A stretch of 43,142 bases of DNA from Atribacterota bacterium (GTDB lineage Bacteria; Atribacterota; Phoenicimicrobiia; Phoenicimicrobiales; Phoenicimicrobiaceae), in contig DAOUWX010000001.1 of NCBI GenBank assembly GCA_030666935.1, positions 1-43,142 of the forward strand. Reading direction: 5' to 3'. Numbering within the stretch: position 1 is the stretch's first letter; every line of letters begins with the position of its first letter. The notes beneath the pieces were generated by a model. The model did no database searches, had not been told where the DNA came from, and worked only from the letters and a program-made list of their open reading frames with translations. A program made the translations under genes and the position numbers. This document shows positions 27,369-34,952 of the stretch, piece by piece.

Positions 27369-28025
27369 TTATTTATCTTTCTTTTGCATGTGAATTTTAA
27401 GCAGATCATCTACAACAGCCACATTGATGTCCGCCTCATCAGCAGCTTTCACCAAGGCTTCCACGCTGATACCTTTTTTTTCACAGAATTGACTTACAAA
27501 TTCATTGGACAGTGGGACTGGCATTTCCAGTGTATTCTGTAACCAATGAACAAGGATATATCTCTCATCTTGTTTTGACAGTTCACTAAAGGAGAATATC
27601 TTATCTAATTCTTCCATCATAAGGACACCGTGTTTTCGTAGAAACCTCTGAAGCTTCCCTTGGCATGAAATATGAATACCTTTTGACATCTCGCATATTG
27701 CAAGTATACAGGCTTTGGCAACTTTCTCTTCAAAGCCATTGTGAACCAGAAGTTGACGTATAAGTGAAGCTAGGTTATCACCTTTTCCACCCTTACCCCC
27801 TATCAATTGTGCCTCTGCAAGGCTCTGTACATCGAAAAGATTTAGGCCGGCCATGCACGAAACTATATTACGAATGATAACCTCGTCGCCACTTGTAATT
27901 TTCTGTAAAATGCAATAACAAAGTTCACTTAGTCTATCCCTCTCATCCTCCCAATTGTAAATCTCAGGGAGATCAGCTCTATGCTTTCTATAGACTTCGC
28001 TTAGAACTTCACGTAATTTTTTCAT
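27369..28025 (-). CDS. Hypothetical protein (218 aa), weak HhH-GPD/Ogg2-like resemblance
   Basis: Favoured start is MKKLREVL at 28025 after AAGGAGGG. The segment RLSELCYCILQKI resembles the ELCFCILTAN helix of archaeal Ogg2-type glycosylases, and PVPLSNEFVSQFCEKKGI sits where P-V-D-x-H-V-x-R normally does. No clear HhH GxG motif or catalytic Asp is visible. Confidence 0.55.
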   Translation of the reverse strand: MKKLREVLSEVYRKHRADLPEIYNWEDERDRLSELCYCILQKITSGDEVIIRNIVSCMAGLNLFDVQSLAEAQLIGGKGGKGDNLASLIRQLLVHNGFEEKVAKACILAICEMSKGIHISCQGKLQRFLRKHGVLMMEELDKIFSFSELSKQDERYILVHWLQNTLEMPVPLSNEFVSQFCEKKGISVEALVKAADEADINVAVVDDLLKIHMQKKDK

Positions 28026-28039
28026 TATTAGACCCTCCT

Positions 28040-28297
28040 TTATAAGTGTCGGTGTATCCACCATTTTAGCGACCGTGGTGAACGATTAGCTGCAGCAGTA
28101 GAAATAGAATTGGACCATCCGAACCTCTGATCAAGGCGTGTGCCGACTCCCCATCCAATCCGAAATGCTGTTATACCTGCCCCAATTGCTCCGAGTCCTC
28201 GAGCTGGACCCAACAATCCTGTAGGACGGTAAGGACCTATAAGTCGTGGACCAAACGGGGCACCGGTTGGAGATCTGGTAAATAGGGGTGATGTCAT
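28040..28297 (-). CDS. Gly/Pro/Arg-rich mini-protein (85 aa) with a glycine-zipper-like segment
   Basis: Favoured start is ATG at 28297 after AAAGGAGGGGG. The sequence is MTSPLFTRSPTGAPFGPRLIGPYRPTGLLGPARGLGAIGAGITAFRIGWGVG... The locus is conspicuously GC-richer than its surroundings. Confidence 0.6.
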   Translation of the reverse strand: MTSPLFTRSPTGAPFGPRLIGPYRPTGLLGPARGLGAIGAGITAFRIGWGVGTRLDQRFGWSNSISTAAANRSPRSLKWWIHRHL

Positions 28298-28879
28298 ATT
28301 ATACCCCCTCCTTTCTTTTCTTATAATAAACATATTTCTCAATTAGTATGATTTTATTATAAAATCACCTCCTCCCTATCAGCCAAAGGGATACTATTAA
28401 TAATACCATTATTTCAATTTTTTAAATCAATTTGTGTTTGATTCTCTCGCTTGATCAAGTGAAGCCATATTTTTAAACTAATTATTTTTTGAAACTTTTA
28501 ACCTTTGTTGTATATAAATAGACTAAATATTTATTCATAAAAGACTATATGGAATGATTTTTTAGGGAACATCAACTAAAATATGGTTAATGTAAAAGTA
28601 GAAACATTGAAGGGGGACTAATCTTATTATTATCTTTGATCATAAATTATAGGAATATTTTCTATAAAATAATGGTTTAAAAAAGTCTGATATAACATTT
28701 AATTAGTTACAAAAATTAAATTTATATTTAGTGGAGTATCCTCCTTGACAAAACAATAAATAACTTTTTAAGTAAATTACGTAAATCATTTCCAAAGAAC
28801 TAGGAATTATCCCTTCGAACCTTTAAAGCATAAATATTAACTTAAACTATCTTTATTTATTATATACTACATTTTTATT

Positions 28880-28990
28880 AAAAATCCTTCTTTTTCTGGA
28901 AAATAATTTACAAAATAAAAAGCCCTTCAGCTTGATTGCCAAAGGGCTGGAAATTGTCAGCTCCCCCTATTGGACACGTTCAGAACTTTT
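28880..28990 (-). repeat. Junction element copy R5 (5'-truncated in minus sense)
   Basis: It shares the AAAAAGAAGGATTTTT box, the terminator hairpin and ..gttctgaacgtgtccaatagggggagctg. Homology ends at 28990, where an unrelated sequence is fused. Confidence 0.85.
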
Positions 28991-29035
28991 TGTTGGGGTG
29001 AGATTATAGAAGAATTACAAAACACCTATAAACTA

Positions 29036-29091
29036 AAGGAGTTTATTAATCTTCATGTTAGTGTTCCAAATAACATCTAGTGTCACGTCAC
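29036..29091. repeat. Direct repeat A flanking the methyltransferase cassette
   Basis: cctataaactaaaggagtttattaatcttcatgttagtgttccaaataacatctagt aligns with 30204-30259 at about 87% identity by eye. Confidence 0.8.
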
Positions 29092-29260
29092 ATAACATAC
29101 GTCGGATAAAGTCGTTTTAGTTTTATCCGAGCTTTATTCGTTGTAAACTGCCAATTGATTTTTGCATTCAGGTTATTCCTATGATTCTGTCAGGCATCAG
29201 TCTCTCTTCTGATTACTGAAATATTATCAATTCTTCTGTTTAGACATTGTCAATATTTAT

Positions 29261-29283
29261 AAGAAAAGACGCCAAGAGGGCGT
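29261..29283 (-). terminator. Intrinsic terminator of the methyltransferase gene
   Basis: Minus strand reads ACGCCctcttGGCGT followed by CTTTTCTT. A related module (acgtcaaaatggcgt plus aaataaggatttta) recurs at 27031-27094. Confidence 0.55.
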
Positions 29284-29366
29284 AAACATATAATCTGAAA
29301 TACATATAAAATAAGGATTTTATTTTTTAGGAGAACAAAGAATATCATAAATATTCAATTCTTTAT

Positions 29367-30158
29367 TTATAAAGCTTTAAGTATATAATACAAGTTGCCT
29401 AATTCTCCACTTATATGAGTGTCTAAAGGGATTTGATTTAACTTTTCATCATATACTGCTTCCAATTTAAATTTTTTTGATTTGCAAATAAGATTTTTTA
29501 AATCTTCAAAAAACCAAAGTCTTAATACATGATGTTCTTCCAAAATAATATGTCTGCCTTTATCATTAATTTCCATTTTGCAAAGCTCAAAACTAATCTT
29601 CTCTTGCTTATCTTGTTTTTCAACGCCCCATATAGTTTTTATTTGAATTCCTTCTCTTTCCGTGATCCATTCTTCCTCTTCATGAGGATTTAATCTATCC
29701 CAGGCACAGGAAAGATGAATAATGTAAATTCCATTCCTCTTTATTGAATCCCCGATATTATAAAAATGGGTTATTATGTCATCATCATACAAAAGGTAGC
29801 CTACACTATTTATTGAATTGATAGCTGCATCAAACTTGGTTTTAAATCTTATTGACTTCATATCCCCTGTTATCACTTTGGCCATATTTTGTAATTTTGA
29901 CTCTATTATTCTCTTTTTTGCATAAGCTACCATTTGAGAATTATTATCATATCCTGTCATATGATATCCATATTTTGGTAAATCAACTATAAATCGCCCA
30001 GTTCCACATGCGGGCTCTAAAATATTCTTTACCTTGAAAGGAGTATGTCTCTTGAAAAGCTCGCGAAATATTGTAGTTTCCCGAGAAATATCCCATGAAA
30101 AAGCAATATCATAGTATTTTGGAAGATTATATAATTTTTCTTTCATTAATTTTATCAA
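29367..30158 (-). CDS. Class I SAM-dependent methyltransferase
   Basis: 263 aa. Motif I is ILEPACGTGRF, followed by an acidic post-I residue (GYD) and downstream motifs (AAINSINSVGYL). Confidence 0.85.
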   Translation of the reverse strand: MIKLMKEKLYNLPKYYDIAFSWDISRETTIFRELFKRHTPFKVKNILEPACGTGRFIVDLPKYGYHMTGYDNNSQMVAYAKKRIIESKLQNMAKVITGDMKSIRFKTKFDAAINSINSVGYLLYDDDIITHFYNIGDSIKRNGIYIIHLSCAWDRLNPHEEEEWITEREGIQIKTIWGVEKQDKQEKISFELCKMEINDKGRHIILEEHHVLRLWFFEDLKNLICKSKKFKLEAVYDEKLNQIPLDTHISGELGNLYYILKAL

Positions 30159-30203
30159 ACCTCATAAATCATTCTATTTTTGAAATAATTCCAATAAAAA
30201 ATC

Positions 30204-30259
30204 CCTTAAACTAAAGGAGTTAATTAATCTTCCTGTTAGAGTTCCAAATAATGTGTAGT
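30204..30259. repeat. Direct repeat B flanking the methyltransferase cassette
   Basis: ccttaaactaaaggagttaattaatcttcctgttagagttccaaataatgtgtagt is the partner of 29036-29091. Confidence 0.8.
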
Positions 30260-30397
30260 TAAATATAAGTCCTTACTTATCAATGAAATTATACCCCTGC
30301 TCTTATTCTAACTTAAAATAGTGCTTTTGTTAAAGGGGAGCAGTATATTAACCTTATTATTGACTTATTGTATATCTCAAAATTTGTAAATATTATA

Positions 30398-30868
30398 TCA
30401 GCATTTATATTCCATCTTTATAAATTCATCACTACCTATCAAAGTATCCTTTTGGTAAACATCTGTTATTTCAAATCCAGCCTTTTCATAACATTTGATT
30501 GCTCGTTTATTGAAAGAACGGACTTCTAAAGCAATCTTTTTATTGTCATACCTCTTTTTACCCTCATTTTTTAGCAGTTCCATAATGATATTGCCTAAAC
30601 CTTGCCCACATAATGATGGCTTTAATCCCAATCCAACTAAAACAAAATCCTTATTTTCTACAAATCTTATATATCCACATAAACTATTATTCTCATCAAT
30701 AAGAGCAGTAAATTCATTCTTTCTTTTCTCCTCTATTGTTATCCCCCATCTTTGTTGGTTTAGAGTATCCCAATCCGGATAATTATAAATAGAATAAATT
30801 TCTTCGTATTTCCAACAACATATTTGTCTTGCATGATCTTCAGTTAAAATTTCTAATCTTAAATCCAT
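30398..30868 (-). CDS. GNAT-family N-acetyltransferase
   Basis: 156 aa. The acetyl-CoA-binding segment is LKPSLCGQGLGNIIMELL, with a C-terminal AIKCYEKAGFE. Confidence 0.85.
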   Translation of the reverse strand: MDLRLEILTEDHARQICCWKYEEIYSIYNYPDWDTLNQQRWGITIEEKRKNEFTALIDENNSLCGYIRFVENKDFVLVGLGLKPSLCGQGLGNIIMELLKNEGKKRYDNKKIALEVRSFNKRAIKCYEKAGFEITDVYQKDTLIGSDEFIKMEYKC

Positions 30869-30904
30869 TGCTTATCGCTTGCTTTCTTTATAATATAAAT
30901 AAAA

Positions 30905-31630
30905 TCAAATTTTATTGACCCAACCTTCGAAAATGAATTTATTTAATGCCTTAAACATAATTTCAAGTGCCTTTTTCCAACTTGCGTTTAAATTATCCTT
31001 CATCTCTTCATCGGCATTATCTGTTATCACCCGAAAAGAAAAGCTTTTTATCTCATTTAGTTGTGCTGTCTTTAAGACCGCTGATGTTTCCCAATTGCAT
31101 GCTGTTGCACCTAATTTATGGTTTAACTCTTGACGAAGCTCTTTATTGTTTACATCCTTTTCCCCACTGGCAATATTACCAACCCTTATTGTAGTTCCCA
31201 TATTTTCCTTAGCCCAATTTGAAAATTCTTTTAGTACTTCTTTAGAAAAAACTTTATTAAGTACTGTACTTGTCTTTAAATCATCGGGCATTTTAGCTAA
31301 TTTATCTGTTGGACAGACATCGTATTCAAATGAATGCTTGCCGCAGATGATATCATAAAGATTTACGTCAACAGATAATGAACCGGAAGCACCAACATCA
31401 AATACAAAGTCAGGTTCAAACTTATCAATAATCAATTGTGTTGCTGAAGCGCAGTGTATTTTCCCTGGACCTGCTTTTATAGCTATTACTTCTACATCTT
31501 TTTCTCTTCTAGATGAAATTAACCTTCCTGCTAATTCAGTTTCATTATGTAATTTTAATATCTCCTTGCAACTCTGATATTCGATATCGCAAGGACATAT
31601 AATACCAATTCTAACTAATGAATTAATCAT
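30905..31630 (-). CDS. PNP_UDP_1-family nucleosidase/phosphorylase (MTA/SAH-nucleosidase-like)
   Basis: 241 aa with the pattern IGIICPCDIE..., GPGKIHCASATQLII, DVGASGS, IASGEKDV and NWETSAVL, as in Pfs/MtnN-type enzymes. Confidence 0.75.
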   Translation of the reverse strand: MINSLVRIGIICPCDIEYQSCKEILKLHNETELAGRLISSRREKDVEVIAIKAGPGKIHCASATQLIIDKFEPDFVFDVGASGSLSVDVNLYDIICGKHSFEYDVCPTDKLAKMPDDLKTSTVLNKVFSKEVLKEFSNWAKENMGTTIRVGNIASGEKDVNNKELRQELNHKLGATACNWETSAVLKTAQLNEIKSFSFRVITDNADEEMKDNLNASWKKALEIMFKALNKFIFEGWVNKI

Positions 31631-31837
31631 AAAATTACTTCACCTCAGATTTACCTTTAATAATACGAACCACGTTCTTAAATGTGTCAGGGGAACGGTT
31701 CTTTAATACACTTCAGGGAAAACATGGGGTCGGGCCTTCATATTTGTCATAATTAATTACTTAAAAGAAACTTTTTGAATTATTATAAAATAATAATCAC
31801 AAAATTGTTTATAATTAGACATTACGGTAAATTTTTC

Positions 31838-31919
31838 AAAAAACCTTCTTTTTTTGAAAGATAATTAAAAAAAACAAAAAGCCCTTCAGCAAAAAGCCAA
31901 AGGGCTGGAAATTGACAAG
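31838..31919 (-). repeat. Junction element copy R6 (terminator plus distal box only)
   Basis: Minus strand reads ..GGGGAGCttgtcaatttccagccctttggctttttgctgaagggcTTTTTGTTTTTTTT...AAAAAAAGAAGGTTTTTT. It is colinear with the 3' half of R1-R5. Confidence 0.85.
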
Positions 31920-31949
31920 CTCCCCGGGTAGGATTCGAACCTACAACCC
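31920..31949 (-). pseudogene. tRNA 3' fragment (T-arm plus 3' acceptor strand); no 5' half present
   Basis: Minus strand reads gggtt-GTAGG-TTCGAAT-CCTAC-CCGGGGA-G, a canonical T stem-loop plus a 7-nt acceptor strand and discriminator. Upstream sequence has no complementary TCCCCGG, D-arm or anticodon stem. Confidence 0.8.
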
Positions 31950-32191
31950 TCTTTTAGCAAGCCTCTATTTATTTATCAATAAATCGTTTCGTATTGCGTA
32001 TCGAGTATCGCGTGAAGAAAAAGAACTCGATAAAAAAGAAGATAGAAAAACAAAAGCAATAAATATTCTTTCCTCCTTTCTTACTACCCCACTAAAGTTT
32101 ACACTAACAATTTCCTACTTCACTAACAAATTAAAAGTAGACTCTTAAGAATAACCTAAAATTGTAATAATATAGAGTCGGAAAATAATGC

Positions 32192-32220
32192 TTGACGAAA
32201 TTACAAAAGTATTATATTAT
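32192..32220 (+). promoter_or_regulatory. Sigma-70-like promoter of the xylose block (TTGACG-N17-TATTAT)
   Basis: The hexamers are read directly from the sequence. It lies about 210 nt upstream of the isomerase ATG. Confidence 0.5.
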
Positions 32221-32428
32221 TTATATTAATATAATACTTAATTTAAGTAATATAAAAAGCCTTCTTAAAAAATATCTTAGATTGCATAATTCTAAAAATG
32301 CACCCGCTAGTAACTACAAAACGGTAAAAAAGAGACGAACCATACAGACTTCAGAGAAAAAGAGAGATAAAGAATGTCTTTTTCTAAATTTATTTTAATA
32401 ACTATTTAATTATACAAGGAGTAAAAAA

Positions 32429-33574
32429 ATGAAAGAAAATAAATCATTACATAGTATCTGCCGATGGACATTCAACGCAGGTAAAGGGGGTTTTGTTCCG
32501 GGTGATATGAGACCAGAATGGAATTCACAAAATTTAAATACTGTTGACATGATTAAGCTGGTAAAGAATAGAATTGTCCCGAGGTTACCAGATAATGTGG
32601 AATTAGGAATTGAAATGCATTATGATTATGAGTTTGATGAAAAGACTTCCCCTGAAATAGCTGATGCCTTAGCAGACTCTAAGATATATCTGGCTATGGT
32701 AACTCCGGGAGCTCATCAACATTATGCTTATGGGGGTATAGCCTCCTTAGATCCTGAGGAGAGAAAATCAGCAGAAGAATTTGGAGAAAGAACGGTTGAT
32801 CTTGCTTATGGACCTCTTAAGAAAGCCTGGCATCCAGACCCCTCAAAATGGCCTGCTGTAATTATTTGGAATGGGTCATTTGGTTATGACCTTGCATCTG
32901 TAGGAATCTTTCAAATGTATCAAAACCTTAAAGAGAGTATGGCAAAATTATGCCAATATGAAAAAAAATTAGGGGGAGACCTCTATTTTGCCTTAGAACC
33001 CAAACCCAATGAGGGACATCCGACTATGCTAATTCCCACCGTGGCAAGTGCCATAGTTTTTTGGAATAAATTGGAAGAAGAGTTTAAAATTACTGGTGAT
33101 AAAAAGGGAGTGAATAAAGAGTTTGGTCATTCAGAAATGATCGGGCTTGACCATGTATATGATACCGTAGAAGAAATAGATAATGATGCTTTAGTTCATA
33201 TGCACTTAAACAGCCAGGGCTACAATGATGGTATCATCCTTGGCGGACCAGGTAAATATGATATCGACCATGGAACACGGATCAATGGTATGAATATAGC
33301 CATAGCGGGTTTAATTAAAGATGCAGGTTTTAACCGCTGGAAAGGGCATGATATGCAAGTAAGGCCATATGACAATGAGGAGCAAGGAATCGATAGAGTG
33401 ATTAGGAGCATACTGAGCTGGGAGGCCTGTGCGCAAGCTGCTCAAGAACTAGATAAAGAACAATTAATGAAATACCTTAACAATCGGGAAACTGCTAAGG
33501 CAGAAGATATCATAAGAGAAGCTCTAGTAAAAGCCCAAAACTATTTTGACCGAATATGTATAAAGGGTGATTAG
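32429..33574 (+). CDS. Xylose-isomerase-family sugar isomerase, divergent short (class-I-like) form
   Basis: 381 aa, colinear with short actinobacterial XylA as I recall it: LEPKPNEGHPTMLIPTV (IEPKPNEPRGDILLPTV), GVNKEFGHSEMIGL (GVNPEVGHEQMAGL), HMHLNSQ (HIDLNGQ), DIDHG (DQDLRFG). It sits in a xylFGH/xylB context. Confidence 0.7.
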   Translation: MKENKSLHSICRWTFNAGKGGFVPGDMRPEWNSQNLNTVDMIKLVKNRIVPRLPDNVELGIEMHYDYEFDEKTSPEIADALADSKIYLAMVTPGAHQHYAYGGIASLDPEERKSAEEFGERTVDLAYGPLKKAWHPDPSKWPAVIIWNGSFGYDLASVGIFQMYQNLKESMAKLCQYEKKLGGDLYFALEPKPNEGHPTMLIPTVASAIVFWNKLEEEFKITGDKKGVNKEFGHSEMIGLDHVYDTVEEIDNDALVHMHLNSQGYNDGIILGGPGKYDIDHGTRINGMNIAIAGLIKDAGFNRWKGHDMQVRPYDNEEQGIDRVIRSILSWEACAQAAQELDKEQLMKYLNNRETAKAEDIIREALVKAQNYFDRICIKGD

Positions 33575-33783
33575 TAGAAATAATAAAAAGTTATCTCAAA
33601 AAATGCATGAACCATAATACTAAAATTACCTGCAAGTTACTATCAAATAAGAGAAGGAGTGATGTATATTTATAAAAAATGTAAACTCGACTGACCTGAT
33701 TATTGCGATGTAGAAAATTTAATTTTTGATTTGAGTACAAGTATTACAAATTTTAATTTTATTTTTAAAGGAGATTTTTTATT

Positions 33784-34845
33784 ATGAAAAAATTAAATAT
33801 CACTTTACTAACGATTGCATTGTTTGTTGTATTAAGCTTCTCGGCTTTCGCTGCAGATGCCCCTATAAAGATTGGTTTATCCTTTTCTGATTTTGCCACA
33901 GAAAGATGGCCTGTTGAAGCAGCTTTAATGACCGATCTTGGGCGTGAAGTTGGCGCCCAGGTAATTGTCCAGGTAGCAAATCATGATGCGAAATTGCAGA
34001 ATGATCAGATTGAGAACATGGTTCTCCAAGGGGTAGACGTTATCATTATTGTTGCAGAGGATGGTGCAGCTGCAGCAACAGCAGTAGACCAGGCAGCAGA
34101 AGCAGGAATCCCATGTATAGCCTATGATAGATTGATTAAATCACCTAATTTAGCAGCTTATATTTCTTTTGATAATGTTGAAGTAGGGCGAACTCAGGCA
34201 AGAGGAGTATTAAATGTAAAAGATAGTGGGAAATTTGTGCTTCTTGGTGGAAGCCCAACAGATAATAACGCCATACTTTTTAGACAAGGACAGATGGAGA
34301 TGCTCCAGCCTCTGATTGACAGCGGGCAAATTGAAGTTGTTGCTGATCAGTGGGTAACTAATTGGGATCCTGCTGAAGCACTCAAGATGATGGAGAACAT
34401 TCTTACCGCCATAAATAATGAGGTTGATGCAGTAGTTGCTTCAAATGATGGAACAGCACTTGGTGCACTCCAGGCTATGAAAGCTCAAGGTCTTGCTGGA
34501 AAGGTTCCGATTTCCGGGCAAGATGCCACATGGGCTGGCTGCAAATCAATAGTTGAGGGAGAGCTTACTATGAGCGTATACAAAGATGTAAGACTTCTTT
34601 CTCCGATGGCAATAGATATGGCTATGCAATTCGCTAAAGGTGAAACTCCCGAAGGGCTTGAAGATTTCACGCTTGCTGAGCTTACTTTAGATGATAAGTT
34701 AACAGGAACTGCTCCTTGTAAGTTTCTAAAAGTTTTCGGAGTAGACAAAGACAACGTGTACGAGTTAATTATCAAGAGTGGTTTCCAAGAATATGATAAT
34801 GTGTATAAAGATGTTCCTGAAAAAGATAGACCACCAAGACCCTAA
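33784..34845 (+). CDS. xylF: D-xylose ABC transporter substrate-binding protein
   Basis: 353 aa with a signal peptide. It is near-colinear with E. coli XylF as I recall it: KIGLSFSDFATERW, IAYDRLI, YISFDNVEVGRTQA, LLGGSPTDNNA, VVADQWVTNWDP, AVVASNDGTALGA, ISGQDA. Confidence 0.88.
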   Translation: MKKLNITLLTIALFVVLSFSAFAADAPIKIGLSFSDFATERWPVEAALMTDLGREVGAQVIVQVANHDAKLQNDQIENMVLQGVDVIIIVAEDGAAAATAVDQAAEAGIPCIAYDRLIKSPNLAAYISFDNVEVGRTQARGVLNVKDSGKFVLLGGSPTDNNAILFRQGQMEMLQPLIDSGQIEVVADQWVTNWDPAEALKMMENILTAINNEVDAVVASNDGTALGALQAMKAQGLAGKVPISGQDATWAGCKSIVEGELTMSVYKDVRLLSPMAIDMAMQFAKGETPEGLEDFTLAELTLDDKLTGTAPCKFLKVFGVDKDNVYELIIKSGFQEYDNVYKDVPEKDRPPRP

Positions 34846-34854
34846 TTACTAACA

Positions 34855-34894
34855 GAGTGCACCACAGATTATTATTAATATCTGTGGTGCACTC
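34855..34894 (+). promoter_or_regulatory. Perfect 15-bp stem-loop between xylF and xylG
   Basis: gagtgcaccacagat / atctgtggtgcactc with a 10-nt AT loop, 10 nt after the xylF stop. It is followed by gattta. Confidence 0.6.
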
Positions 34895-34952
34895 GATTTA
34901 AATAAGTGAAAACTGTAAAAAGTTAACCCTTTGTAAGGGGGGTAATAATATT

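Noticed and set aside
28040-28300. The GC-rich patch considered as a structured RNA gene (tmRNA, RNase P, SRP, 6S)
   Set aside because: No hallmark motifs of those RNAs are present. The region holds an uninterrupted 85-codon frame with an excellent Shine-Dalgarno, and the GC bias is explained by Gly/Pro/Arg/Ala codons.
31919-32000. A possible complete tRNA gene at the right island border
   Set aside because: Only the T-arm and 3' acceptor strand are present. The 72 nt upstream in the minus sense contain no complementary 5' acceptor strand, D-arm or foldable anticodon stem.
31912-32148. 78-aa plus-strand ORF (MTSSPGRIRTYNPLL...)
   Set aside because: Its N-terminus is simply the antisense reading of the tRNA T-arm/acceptor fragment. 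It has no Shine-Dalgarno, and the remainder is AT-rich spacer.
32192-32398. 68-aa plus-strand ORF upstream of the XylA-like gene
   Set aside because: It begins at the TTG of the predicted -35 hexamer. The sequence is Lys/Asn-rich and low-complexity with no Shine-Dalgarno. It is better explained as promoter plus leader.
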